A DNA stretch of 35,736 nt. It comes from Frankiaceae bacterium. Its GTDB lineage: Bacteria > Actinomycetota > Actinomycetes > JADGOU01. Positions within the stretch are counted from its first letter, which is position 1. Every line of letters starts with the position of its first letter. The DNA lies in assembly GCA_017882835.1 (NCBI GenBank), contig JADGOU010000001.1, positions 1-35,736 on the forward strand, written 5' to 3'. Position numbers and translations under genes: made by a program. The notes beneath the pieces were generated by a model. That model ran no database searches, had not been told where the DNA came from, and worked only from the letters and a program-made list of their open reading frames with translations. Positions 18,553 through 26,938 of this stretch are shown piece after piece.

Positions 18553-19532
18553 GCCGCCTCCCGGATGCGCTCGGCGGCCCGCAGCCGCACCGATGCGGCC
18601 CGCGAGTTGGCCGCCACCTCGGCCGCCGAGGCCTGCTCCGCGCCCCGGGTTAGCTGCCGAAGCTCCGGGCGCAGTTCGGGCGGCACGACCGGCATGTCGG
18701 GAGGTGCCTGGCTGGTCGCGCCGGCGGCCAAAATCCGCTTCACCAGTCGGTCCTCCAGGGACTGGTAGGCCAGCACGACGATCCGGCCGCCGACAGCGAG
18801 CGCGGCGACGGCGGCGGGCAGGGCCCGTGCCAACGCCCCGAGTTCGTCGTTGACCTCAATCCGCAACGCCTGGAAGGTGCGCTTGGCCGGATGCCCCCCG
18901 GTCCGCCGGGTAGCGGCCGGGATGGCGTTACGCACGAGCTCGGCCAGCCGGGCGGTGGAGTGCAGCGGGGCGCGGGTGCGCTCCCGGACGATGGCGGCGG
19001 CGATCCGGCGAGCGAACCGCTCCTCGCCGTACCCGCTCAGCACCCGGGCCAGCTCGGCAACGGAGTAGGAGTTGAGCACGTCGGCCGCGGTCTGCCCGCG
19101 CGAACGGTCCATCCGCATGTCCAGCGATGCGTCCACGGCATAGGCAAACCCCCGCGCGGGGGTGTCCAGTTGGAGGGAGGACACGCCCAGGTCGAACAGC
19201 ACGCCGTTCACCCGGGCGACACCGAGATCGGCCAGCACCCGCGGCAGCTCGTCGTACACCGCTGGCACCAGCATGGTGCGCTCGGCGTACGGCGCCAGCC
19301 GGGCGGCGCTGCGTGCCAGCGCGTCGCGATCGCGGTCCAGGCCGACCAGCCGCAGCCTCGGATGCTGGGCGAGCAGGGCCTCGGCGTGGCCGCCCAGGCC
19401 GATCGTAGCGTCCACCACGAGCGCGGCCGGGCCAGCCAGCGCCGGCGCCAACAGGGTCAGCACCCGACCAAGCAGCACCGGGATGTGCTCCGCGGCCGGA
19501 GCCGGCCCGCCGGGCGGAGTCATCGACGGCAT
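18549..19532 (-). CDS. rsmH: 16S rRNA (cytosine1402-N4)-methyltransferase RsmH/MraW
   Basis: Track ORF 18549..20441 trimmed to ATG 19532, which has a GGAAGGG SD 5-6 nt upstream. Motifs: [46 protein letters not shown]. Confidence 0.9.
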   Translation of the reverse strand: MPSMTPPGGPAPAAEHIPVLLGRVLTLLAPALAGPAALVVDATIGLGGHAEALLAQHPRLRLVGLDRDRDALARSAARLAPYAERTMLVPAVYDELPRVLADLGVARVNGVLFDLGVSSLQLDTPARGFAYAVDASLDMRMDRSRGQTAADVLNSYSVAELARVLSGYGEERFARRIAAAIVRERTRAPLHSTARLAELVRNAIPAATRRTGGHPAKRTFQALRIEVNDELGALARALPAAVAALAVGGRIVVLAYQSLEDRLVKRILAAGATSQAPPDMPVVPPELRPELRQLTRGAEQASAAEVAANSRAASVRLRAAERIREAA

Positions 19533-19729
19533 CTCGACCCTTCCTGCCGGCCGGGACCGGTCACAAGCGGTGGCGTCGTCTCGGCTCACGGACCAGGGAC
19601 GTTGGTGGGCGAATGTCGGGCGAACGCGAAGGCCAGGTCCCCGCCCACTCCCCCACCTGGCGCCGGGGAAGGTGCGCCAGCTGGGCTGGAGCGGGTGGAA
19701 GCCTGGCAGCACCTTCGCGTGGGCCGCCG

Positions 19730-20161
19730 TCACAGCACTCCGGGCACCACCTCCTCGGCCTGAGCGGCGAAGGCTTCCTCGTGCTCGCCGAGGTAGGACT
19801 CCCAGGACGCGGTGTCCCAGATCTCGATCCGGTCGTTGGCGCCGATGACCGTGCAGTCGCGGGTCAGCCGGGCGTAGGTCCGCAGCGTGGCCGGCACACT
19901 CACCCGGCCCTGCCGGTCGGGCACCTGATCCGTCGCCGCGGCAAAGAAGACCCGGCCGTAGTCGCGCACCGTTTTGGCCGTGAGCGGCGCGGACTGCAGC
20001 GCTGCCGCCCGACGGGCGAACTCCTCGGTGGAGAACACGTAGAGGCAGTGCTCCTGCCCCTTTGTGATCACGAGCCCCTCCGCGAGCTGGTCTCGAAACT
20101 TGGCCGGCAGGAACAGCCGCCCCTTGTCGTCGAGCCGGGGGGAGTAGGTGCCCAGGAACAC
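19730..20161 (-). CDS. mraZ: Transcriptional regulator MraZ
   Basis: Track ORF 19730..20197 trimmed to GTG 20161, which has a GGAGGGG SD upstream. It has the duplicated SpoVT/AbrB-like halves [22 protein letters not shown] and [13 protein letters not shown]. Confidence 0.9.
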   Translation of the reverse strand: MFLGTYSPRLDDKGRLFLPAKFRDQLAEGLVITKGQEHCLYVFSTEEFARRAAALQSAPLTAKTVRDYGRVFFAAATDQVPDRQGRVSVPATLRTYARLTRDCTVIGANDRIEIWDTASWESYLGEHEEAFAAQAEEVVPGVL

Positions 20162-20204
20162 GGCCCCACCCCTCCGCGACCGGGGCGTCGTTCGCACCCG
20201 ACCG

Positions 20205-20240
20205 GCGTTGGCGCTCCACTTCGCTCCACATTACCCCACT
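20205..20240 (-). promoter_or_regulatory. MraZ-type operator: four GTGG(A/G)G boxes at exact 10-bp spacing
   Basis: The plus strand reads ctccac ttcg ctccac atta ccccac tgcg ccccac. On the minus strand this is GTGGGG-cgca-GTGGGG-taat-GTGGAG-cgaa-GTGGAG, 44-79 nt upstream of the mraZ GTG. It matches the direct-repeat (T)GGG(N) 10-bp-period operator known for MraZ. Confidence 0.65.
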
Positions 20241-20246
20241 GCGCCC
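20219..20246 (-). promoter_or_regulatory. Candidate dcw promoter (TTGACG-16 nt-TAATGT)
   Basis: On the minus strand, TTGACG (20246..20241), a 16-nt spacer and TAATGT (20224..20219). The spacer and -10 element are occupied by the MraZ boxes. Confidence 0.45.
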
Positions 20247-20284
20247 CACCGTCAACGGCAACGAGAAGTCCCACAACGCAAAAG

Positions 20285-20309
20285 GCCCCGCCGACCGGGT
20301 CGGCGGGGC
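20285..20309 (-). terminator. Rho-independent terminator upstream of the mraZ promoter
   Basis: gccccgccgac-cgg-gtcggcggggc forms a perfect 11-bp GC stem. On the minus strand it is followed by CTTTTGCG. Confidence 0.6.
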
Positions 20310-20644
20310 GAGAACGGTGAGCTGGGTGCACAACGGCGGCAGGCTCCAGCGTTCGGGCATCGGCGTTAGCACACACCACCGCGCCGACGATGTCCCGTAG
20401 GCACGCGGCTGTCGGCGCGTCCGAGTCGCGTCGGCGTACACCGATGGATGGCGCCCGACCGGCGGACTCGGGCGCCGACCAGGCGCCGTACTACGCCGAT
20501 GTTGAGCGCAGTCGATGCTGAGCGCACGTGCGGATCAGCCGCGGTGATCCCACGGGCGCGCGAGCGGGGCGCGGAGGGACGCGCGAGGGACGTGGTGACG
20601 AGCGGAGGGAGCGCGGGCGGGGCGGGTGGAGCGCTGGGCAACGG

Positions 20645-20839
20645 TCAGCCGAGGGCGTTCTCGTTCGCCAGCATCTCGTCGTTACCGGAGTCGTCCTCGC
20701 CGGTGTCCGCCCACTCCAGGTACGCCTGCCGGTGCTCCAGGGTGGTGAGTTCGGTGACGAGCTCGTGCAGGTCGGGTCCAGACAGACGGCTCGCCGCGTC
20801 GTACAACGCGGCCACCTCGGAGGGCTCTGGCTCGGTCAT
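20645..20839 (-). CDS. Small acidic hypothetical protein (64 aa)
   Basis: Track ORF 20645..21031 trimmed to ATG 20839. MTEPEPSEVAALYDAASRLSGPDLHELVTELTTLEHRQAYLEWADTGEDDSGNDEMLANENALG. GC3 is high throughout, but the SD is weak. I recognise no family. Confidence 0.5.
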   Translation of the reverse strand: MTEPEPSEVAALYDAASRLSGPDLHELVTELTTLEHRQAYLEWADTGEDDSGNDEMLANENALG

Positions 20840-20861
20840 TACCACTCTCTTCTGGCAGCGT

Positions 20862-20882
20862 GGATGCGGATGCGGATGCGGA
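20862..20882. repeat. (GGATGC)3.5 hexanucleotide repeat upstream of the small acidic ORF
   Basis: ggatgcggatgcggatgcgga, about 25 nt upstream of ATG 20839 on the minus strand. Confidence 0.9.
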
Positions 20883-20991
20883 GGAAGTTCGCCCAGGATA
20901 CCGAGCGGGTCGGGCGGCAGCCGGCCAGCCACGGGTGAAGTCCCAGACGTGGCAGCAGCCCGACGGCCAGGGCTGACGGTCGACAAGGGCC

Positions 20992-21915
20992 TCAGCCGGT
21001 CTGCAGGGGAGCGTAGACGGCATGCAGCCACAGGTCGGCGAGGCCGTCGACGAGCCGCTGCGGGGTGGCGCGGAAGTCGGGCGTGCCCGACACCCCACCG
21101 AGCGCGGTCGACTGCTCGACCATGACCGCCAGCGCCGTGGCGGCCACGCCGACGTCCAGGCTCGGCCTGGCCAGCCCAGCGTCCACCGCGGCTGTCAGGC
21201 TGGTCCGGATCCGGGTCACGAACTGCGCGCGGACCTCGTCCTTCAGCGCCGCCAATGCCGGCTCGCTGGGCGCCGCACTGGCCCAGATCTCGCGGATGTC
21301 CCGGTCGGCGTCGGCCAGGGCTACGAACCCAGCGATCACTCGGTGGACGTCGGCCCGGACGTCTCCCCCGGTCCAGCTCCCATCGGCCAACACATAGAGG
21401 GCGGCAGCGTGCCGACGTACCAACGCTTCTAGGATGGCGGCCTTGTTGGCGTAGTAGGCGTAGAAGGTGCCGTGGCCGACGCCGGCGACCCGGCAGACGT
21501 CCTCCACTCGCGCCCGGTTCCAGCCCACGCCGCGAAACGCGCTGCGGGCGGCGTCGAGCAGCCGAGCTCGCGTCCGGTCCCCCCTCGTCGTCCGGCCGAA
21601 CCCGACCTCGGGTGGGCCGACCAGCGTGCGGCCGGTTCCCGTCGACTCGGTGGCAACCGGATACGGCGGGGGCGGGTCGGCGAGCGCCAGCCGCAGAGCC
21701 TCACCCGCGCCCCCGTCAACGCCCACCCAAGGGGCCTGCTCCGGCACGGCTGGCGGCTGCTGCGCAGCGTCTCCGGTCGTCGCAGCGTCTCTAGCCGTCG
21801 CAGCGTCTCCGGTCGTTGCAGCGCCTCTAGCCGTCGCAGCGCTTCTAGCCGTCGCAGCGTCTCTAGCCGTCGCAGCGTCTCTAGCCGTTGACGTGTCTCC
21901 GGTCGTCGACGTCAT
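20992..21915 (-). CDS. TetR-family transcriptional regulator (start uncertain)
   Basis: Track ORF 20992..22254 trimmed to ATG 21915. The HTH is RARLLDAARSAFRGVGWNRARVEDVCRVAGVGHGTFYAYYANKAAILEAL. An alternative GTG 21726 (VGVDGGAG..) would put the 18-bp repeat array outside the gene. Confidence 0.8.
   Translation of the reverse strand: MTSTTGDTSTARDAATARDAATARSAATARGAATTGDAATARDAATTGDAAQQPPAVPEQAPWVGVDGGAGEALRLALADPPPPYPVATESTGTGRTLVGPPEVGFGRTTRGDRTRARLLDAARSAFRGVGWNRARVEDVCRVAGVGHGTFYAYYANKAAILEALVRRHAAALYVLADGSWTGGDVRADVHRVIAGFVALADADRDIREIWASAAPSEPALAALKDEVRAQFVTRIRTSLTAAVDAGLARPSLDVGVAATALAVMVEQSTALGGVSGTPDFRATPQRLVDGLADLWLHAVYAPLQTG
21763..21906. repeat. 18-bp tandem repeat, 8 copies (cgcagcgtctctagccgt consensus)
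   Basis: Units start at 21763, 21781, 21799, 21817, 21835, 21853, 21871 and 21889, with a few substitutions each. In the TetR frame they read (T/A)ARDAA / TTGDAA hexapeptides. Confidence 0.9.
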
Positions 21916-22064
21916 GGCGTCAGTCTGCCAAACGGCCTTTGCCGGCCCGATGCCAGCCGGGTACCGCTGCGATCTGCTCGGACGCGCGCACCCCCGGCGC
22001 GATGGCACACTTTCCGCAGGGTACGGCGGAGGTCCACGGCACCGAAGTGGGCGAAGGAGGCCCA

Positions 22065-23144
22065 GTGGCACGTCCCACGGTGAGTGAAGGCTCCGGCCCG
22101 GCCGCGGCGGCGGATCGCATCCGGCCCGCGGATCCGGAAGCCGGCGCCGGCGTCGCGACGGCGAGACTCGCCGGGCTGCGGACGTCGGCGGCGGCCATCG
22201 CCGCCAACATCGAGCGAGTGATCGAGGGCAAGCCGGACATCGTCCGCCTGGCAATCGTGGTCCTGCTGGCTGAAGGCCACCTGCTCATTGAAGACGTGCC
22301 CGGCGTCGGCAAGACCATGTTGGCCAAGGCGCTGGCCCGCTCCATCGACTGCTCGGTGAAGCGGGTGCAGTTCACCCCCGACCTGCTGCCCAGCGACCTG
22401 ACCGGGGTCAGCGTCTACAACCCGGACACCCGCGACTTCGAGTTCAAGCCGGGCGCGGTGTTCGCCAACATCGTGGTCGGCGACGAGATCAACCGGGCGT
22501 CCCCGAAGACCCAGGCCGCGCTGCTGGAGTGCATGGAGGAACGCCAGGTCACCGTCGACGGCGTGACCTATGAGCTCGGTACGCCGTTTATGGTGATCGC
22601 CACCCAGAACCCGATCGAGATGGAAGGCACCTATCCCCTGCCGGAGGCCCAGCGGGACCGGTTCACCGCGCGGATCTCCATGGGCTACCCGGCCGCGCAG
22701 GCCGAGCTCGACATGCTCGACACCCACGGGACGGTCTCGGCGCTCGACGACATCGAGCCGGTGGCGGACGCCCTCGAGGTGGCGGGGCTGGTCGATGCCG
22801 CCCGCGGGGTGCACGTCTCCGACCCGGTCCGCCGTTACGTGATCGACCTGGTCACCGCGACCCGGACGTCAGCGGAGCTTCGCCTGGGTGCGTCTCCGCG
22901 GGCCACCCTGCAGCTGGTGCGCACGGCCCGGGCCTTCGCCGCCCTGGACGGCCGCGACTTCGCGCTGCCCGACGACGTCCAGGCGCTGGCCGAGCCGGTG
23001 CTCGCGCACCGCTTGCTGCCGACCGCCGAGGCCCAGATCGGGCGTCGATCGCCGGCGGCCGTGCTGGCCGACATCGTCGCCCGGCTCCCGGTGCCGTCCG
23101 ACCGCGCGGGCGCAGCGCGGCCGACCCTGCGCCGCCGGAGCTGA
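22065..23144 (+). CDS. moxR: MoxR-family AAA+ ATPase
   Basis: Track ORF 21888..23144 trimmed to GTG 22065, with a GAAGGAGG SD 5 nt upstream. It has Walker A GVPGVGKTMLAKALA, Walker B IVVGDEINRASPKTQ, and ATQNPIEMEGTYPLPEAQRDRF. Confidence 0.88.
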   Translation: MARPTVSEGSGPAAAADRIRPADPEAGAGVATARLAGLRTSAAAIAANIERVIEGKPDIVRLAIVVLLAEGHLLIEDVPGVGKTMLAKALARSIDCSVKRVQFTPDLLPSDLTGVSVYNPDTRDFEFKPGAVFANIVVGDEINRASPKTQAALLECMEERQVTVDGVTYELGTPFMVIATQNPIEMEGTYPLPEAQRDRFTARISMGYPAAQAELDMLDTHGTVSALDDIEPVADALEVAGLVDAARGVHVSDPVRRYVIDLVTATRTSAELRLGASPRATLQLVRTARAFAALDGRDFALPDDVQALAEPVLAHRLLPTAEAQIGRRSPAAVLADIVARLPVPSDRAGAARPTLRRRS

Positions 23145-23145
23145 G

Positions 23146-24453
23146 GTGCTCGCCGGACTGCAGGGGCTGACCGTGCGCGGCCGGTGCTTCCTGGCCGCCG
23201 GGGTCACCTGCGCCCTGTGCGGCCTGGCCCTGCGGGAACGCGACCCGGTCCGGGTCGGCGTCCTGCTCGCCGCGCTCCCCCTGGTAGCGGTGGCGTTGGT
23301 CACCCGCACCCGCTACCGGCTGGCCTGCGCCCGCCGGCTGGAGCCGGCGCGGGTGGCCGTCGGCCGGACGGCGACCGTCGTACTGCGCCTGGACAACGTC
23401 TCCCGACTGGCCAGCGGAGTCCTGCGCCTGCAGGACTCGCTGCCGCCGGCGCTGGGGTCGGCGCCGCGGTTCCTGCTGGATCAGGTGGAGCCGCGCGGGG
23501 TGCGGGAGGCGGGCTATCCGGTGACGCCGGCGCAGCGCGGTCGGTACGCCGTCGGCCCGCTCACCGTCTGGCTGACCGACCCATTTGGGCTGTGCGAGCT
23601 GCCGCGCAGCTTTGCGACGGTGGACGGTCTGGTGGTCACGCCCCGGGTGTGGTCGCTGCCACCGGTACGGCTCGGCGGGGAGTGGACCGGCGGCGGCGAG
23701 GCCTCGGCCCGGTCGATGGCCAGCGCCGGCGAGGACGACGCCGCCACGCGGGAGTACCGCCAGGGCGACGACCTGCGCAAGGTGCACTGGCGCTCTACCG
23801 CGCACCGCGGGGAGATGATGGTGCGCCGGGAGGAGCGGCCGTGGCAGAGCCGGGCCGCGGTGCTGCTCGACACCCGCGCCCGGGCGCACCGTGGCGTAGG
23901 GGTGGACTCCTCCTTCGAGTGGGCGGTCTCCGCCGCGGCCAGTATCGGCCTGCACCTGGCCGGCGGCGGCTATCACCTGCGTCTGGTGGAGGACACCGGT
24001 GACGGCCTGCCGGCCAGCGCGCCGGCCGTGACGGCGACCACGTTGCTAGACCGGCTGGCCGGGCTGCAACCGTCGAACGGTCAGTCGCTGCGGCTGGCCG
24101 CCGCCCAGTTGCGGCGCTCCGGGGAAGGCCTGGTGGTCGCCGTCCTGGGTGCGCTCGATCCCGCAGATGCCCAGGCGCTGGCCCGACTCCGCCACGGCGC
24201 CGCCGCCTGCGTCGCCGTGCTGCTCGACCCGCTGGACTGGGCGGCCGGCGGCCGGCGGCGAGGCAGCGGGCGTGGTGACGGGCGTGGTGACGGGGGCGAT
24301 AGCGACGAGGCGGCGGCTCGACTGCTGGCCGCGGCGGGGTGGCGGGTGCTGCGAGCCGGGCGAGGCAGCGAGCTGGCCGGGCTGTGGCCGCAGGCAGCGC
24401 CGGCGATGGTGAGCGCGCAGCCGGTACCCGCGGTGGCCAGGGGCCGGTCGTGA
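23146..24453 (+). CDS. DUF58-family protein (MoxR partner)
   Basis: Track ORF 22888..24453 trimmed to GTG 23146, 1 nt after the moxR stop. It has N-terminal TM helices and the signature REYRQGDDLRKVHWRSTA. Confidence 0.85.
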   Translation: MLAGLQGLTVRGRCFLAAGVTCALCGLALRERDPVRVGVLLAALPLVAVALVTRTRYRLACARRLEPARVAVGRTATVVLRLDNVSRLASGVLRLQDSLPPALGSAPRFLLDQVEPRGVREAGYPVTPAQRGRYAVGPLTVWLTDPFGLCELPRSFATVDGLVVTPRVWSLPPVRLGGEWTGGGEASARSMASAGEDDAATREYRQGDDLRKVHWRSTAHRGEMMVRREERPWQSRAAVLLDTRARAHRGVGVDSSFEWAVSAAASIGLHLAGGGYHLRLVEDTGDGLPASAPAVTATTLLDRLAGLQPSNGQSLRLAAAQLRRSGEGLVVAVLGALDPADAQALARLRHGAAACVAVLLDPLDWAAGGRRRGSGRGDGRGDGGDSDEAAARLLAAAGWRVLRAGRGSELAGLWPQAAPAMVSAQPVPAVARGRS

Positions 24454-26858
24454 CGCCGCCGGCACTGCCCGCTCACCGCACCCGAGTGACCGTGGCCGGT
24501 GCGGTTGCGACCGTGCTGGCGGCGACCACGCTGTCCGGGACGTTCACCTCGGCGCAGTTCCTGCCGCCGGTCGCGGTGGCGGTGGCCGTGGTGGCCGCGG
24601 TCGGGGTACTGGGCCGCCGGTGGCGGTGGCCGGCGCTAGCGGTCGCGGCAGCTCAGGTCGGCGCAGCGTCGTTCTACATCAGCTTCGTGTTCTCCCCCGG
24701 CACCCGGGTCGCGGGCGTCTTCCCCGGGACCCGCACCGTAACCGTGCTCCGGGCGCTGGTCGCCGCTGGCCGCCACGACATCGTGGCCCTGGCTGCCCCA
24801 GTTGAGACCGAGCGTGGCCTGGTCCTGCTCACGGTGGCCGGCCTGGCCGCGGTGGCGATCGCCGTAGACACCCTGGCGGCCGGGGCGCGGCGGCCCGCGC
24901 TGGCCGGGCTGCCGTTGCTCGCCGTCGTCGCCGTACCAGCCGCGGTCGTGCCGGAGGGCGTCGGCTGGCTGTCGTTCGCCCTGGCGGCGGCGGGCTACCT
25001 GGGGCTGCTGCTCGCCGACGGTCAGGACCGGACGGCCCGCTGGGGTCCGACGATCGGGTGGCGGACCAACGCGGCCACGGCGGCGTACGGCGACGGGTCG
25101 GCTGGGGCGGCCGCTCCCGCCCCACTCACCGCGGGCGGTCCAACGCCGGCCGGCCGGCTGAGTGGCCGGATCGGGGTCGCGGCGGTGGCCATGGCCGTGG
25201 TCGTGCCGGCCTTGGTTCCCGGCATGCACGGCCGGCTGGTCGGCAACGGAACCGGTGGCGCAGGCAGCGGACCGCTGGCCGCCACGACGTACAACCCGAT
25301 CACCGACCTGAAAGGCCAGCTGCTGGAGTCCAAGGCGCGCGACCTGCTCAAGGTCACGACCATCGACCCCACCCCCGGCTACCTGCGGATGACCGCCCTG
25401 GACCGCTTCAGCGACGACACCTGGTCAGCGTCGCCGCTGGTAGCGCCGCCGGCCCAGCGGGTCGGCAACGGCTTGCCCGCACCGCCCGGCCTGGCCCCGG
25501 GCACCACCGTGTCGACCGCGACGGCCACCGTCACCGTGTCGGACCTGTCGGTGCCCTGGCTTCCGCTGGGCTACCCGGCGCGGAAGGTTACGGTGAGCGG
25601 GGACTGGCGCTACGACGAACGCAGCCGCACGGTCTTTTCCACCCACGCCGACACCCGCGACCTCACCTACCGGGTGACCACCACTCGGCCGGTGCCCACC
25701 GTCGGGCAGCTGGGCACCGACGAGCCGCTCGATCCCGCCCTGGACCCCTACCTGCAACTGCCGGCCGACCTGCCCCGGCTGGTCACCTCGACGGTGCGGC
25801 GAGTGACGGCCGGCGCGACCACCCGCTACGAGAAGGCCGTAGCCCTGCAGGCGTACTTCCGCAGCCCGCAGTTCAGCTACGACCTGCAGGTGCCGCAGGG
25901 CAACGGCGAGGATGCCCTGGTGGCGTTCCTCCAGAACAAGCGCGGGTTCTGCGAGCAGTTCGCCGCCGCGATGGCGGTCATGGCCCGGGTCGCCGGCATC
26001 CCGGCCCGGGTCGCCATTGGCTTCACCGCCGGGCGCCAGCTCAACCGCGACACCTGGTTGGTCACGACGCACGACGCGCATTCCTGGCCGGAACTGTTCT
26101 TTCCCGGCGTCGGGTGGCTGCAGTTCGAGCCGACGCCGACCAGCGACGGGCGGGCGGTGACCCCGGCGTACTCGGTGCCGGCTGCCGCCGCGGCACCGGA
26201 CGATGGCACCGGCGCGGCGGCCGGCGCCGCGCCGGCGCCGGCGGGTGAGTCCCCGTTGCGCGGCCCGAGGCCTGACGGGGCTGGTGCCAACGCCGGCAGC
26301 GAGAGTGGATCACTGCCCAGCGACGGCGGTGGTCGGCGCCGGGGACTGGCTGGGGGCGGCGCGGTCGTCGCGATGGCGCTGTTGACTACGCCCTGGCTCA
26401 GCCGCCGGCTGGTACGGCGCCGGCGATGGGCCGCCGCGTCGTCTCCGGTCGAGCAGGCGCACGCCGCCTGGGCGGAGCTGCTGGACGACGCGGTGGACGC
26501 GGGTCGACCAGTGCCGGTGAGCCGCTCACCGCGGGCGACCGCGACCCTGCTGGTGGAACAGGTGCACTCCGCCCCCGCCCGGGCGGCGCTGCGGGCAGTC
26601 GCCGATGCCGAAGAACGGGCGCGCTACGCACCCTCAATGGCTGGCGTCGGAGATCTACGGGCGGCGGTGGCGACGATCCGGCGAGAGCTGTTCGACCCTG
26701 GCGACGATGCCGCGCGCCGGTTGGCCGTGCTCTTCCCGCGCTCGGTGATCCGACGGTCGGGGTCGCTAGCGGCCAGCATGGTGGCCGACATCCTGGACCG
26801 GCTGGACGGGCTGGCGGGGTTGCTTCGTCGCCGACTCCCCCGGCCCCGGCGGAGCTGA
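24450..26858 (+). CDS. Transglutaminase-domain membrane protein (DUF3488-like N-terminus plus TGase core)
   Basis: Track ORF 24339..26858 trimmed to GTG 24450 (GTGA overlap with the DUF58 stop). It has a multi-TM N-terminal region. The Cys-His-Asp/Glu core is KRGFCEQFAAAMAVMARVAGIPARV, HDAHSWPELF, WLQFEPT. Confidence 0.85.
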   Translation: MTPPALPAHRTRVTVAGAVATVLAATTLSGTFTSAQFLPPVAVAVAVVAAVGVLGRRWRWPALAVAAAQVGAASFYISFVFSPGTRVAGVFPGTRTVTVLRALVAAGRHDIVALAAPVETERGLVLLTVAGLAAVAIAVDTLAAGARRPALAGLPLLAVVAVPAAVVPEGVGWLSFALAAAGYLGLLLADGQDRTARWGPTIGWRTNAATAAYGDGSAGAAAPAPLTAGGPTPAGRLSGRIGVAAVAMAVVVPALVPGMHGRLVGNGTGGAGSGPLAATTYNPITDLKGQLLESKARDLLKVTTIDPTPGYLRMTALDRFSDDTWSASPLVAPPAQRVGNGLPAPPGLAPGTTVSTATATVTVSDLSVPWLPLGYPARKVTVSGDWRYDERSRTVFSTHADTRDLTYRVTTTRPVPTVGQLGTDEPLDPALDPYLQLPADLPRLVTSTVRRVTAGATTRYEKAVALQAYFRSPQFSYDLQVPQGNGEDALVAFLQNKRGFCEQFAAAMAVMARVAGIPARVAIGFTAGRQLNRDTWLVTTHDAHSWPELFFPGVGWLQFEPTPTSDGRAVTPAYSVPAAAAAPDDGTGAAAGAAPAPAGESPLRGPRPDGAGANAGSESGSLPSDGGGRRRGLAGGGAVVAMALLTTPWLSRRLVRRRRWAAASSPVEQAHAAWAELLDDAVDAGRPVPVSRSPRATATLLVEQVHSAPARAALRAVADAEERARYAPSMAGVGDLRAAVATIRRELFDPGDDAARRLAVLFPRSVIRRSGSLAASMVADILDRLDGLAGLLRRRLPRPRRS

Positions 26859-26938
26859 GGGCTGCTCGCCGACGCCTCGCCGAGTCGCCGGCCGCTGCTG
26901 GGCAGTCGCTTCGCCGACCGGTTCGCGTCAGCGGATGC

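Noticed and set aside
16238-18853. 871-aa plus-strand ORF
   Set aside because: It is antisense to ftsI, ftsL and rsmH, all of which have clear motifs. This is an off-frame artefact.
19533-20441. 5' extension of the rsmH ORF (track ORF 18549..20441, 630 aa)
   Set aside because: The extension covers mraZ and its promoter in another frame. RsmH motifs start right after ATG 19532, which has a good SD.
20448-21125. 225-aa plus-strand ORF
   Set aside because: It is antisense to the small acidic ORF and the 3' end of the TetR gene, with Arg/Ser/Gly-rich composition.
21916-22064. Possible TetR operator palindromes in the TetR/moxR divergent region (caaacggcctttg; GTACCGCTGCG..CGCAGGGTAC)
   Set aside because: Both are imperfect, with a mismatch or an indel, and the second has a spacer of about 40 nt. 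That is not distinguishable from chance in GC-rich DNA without binding data.
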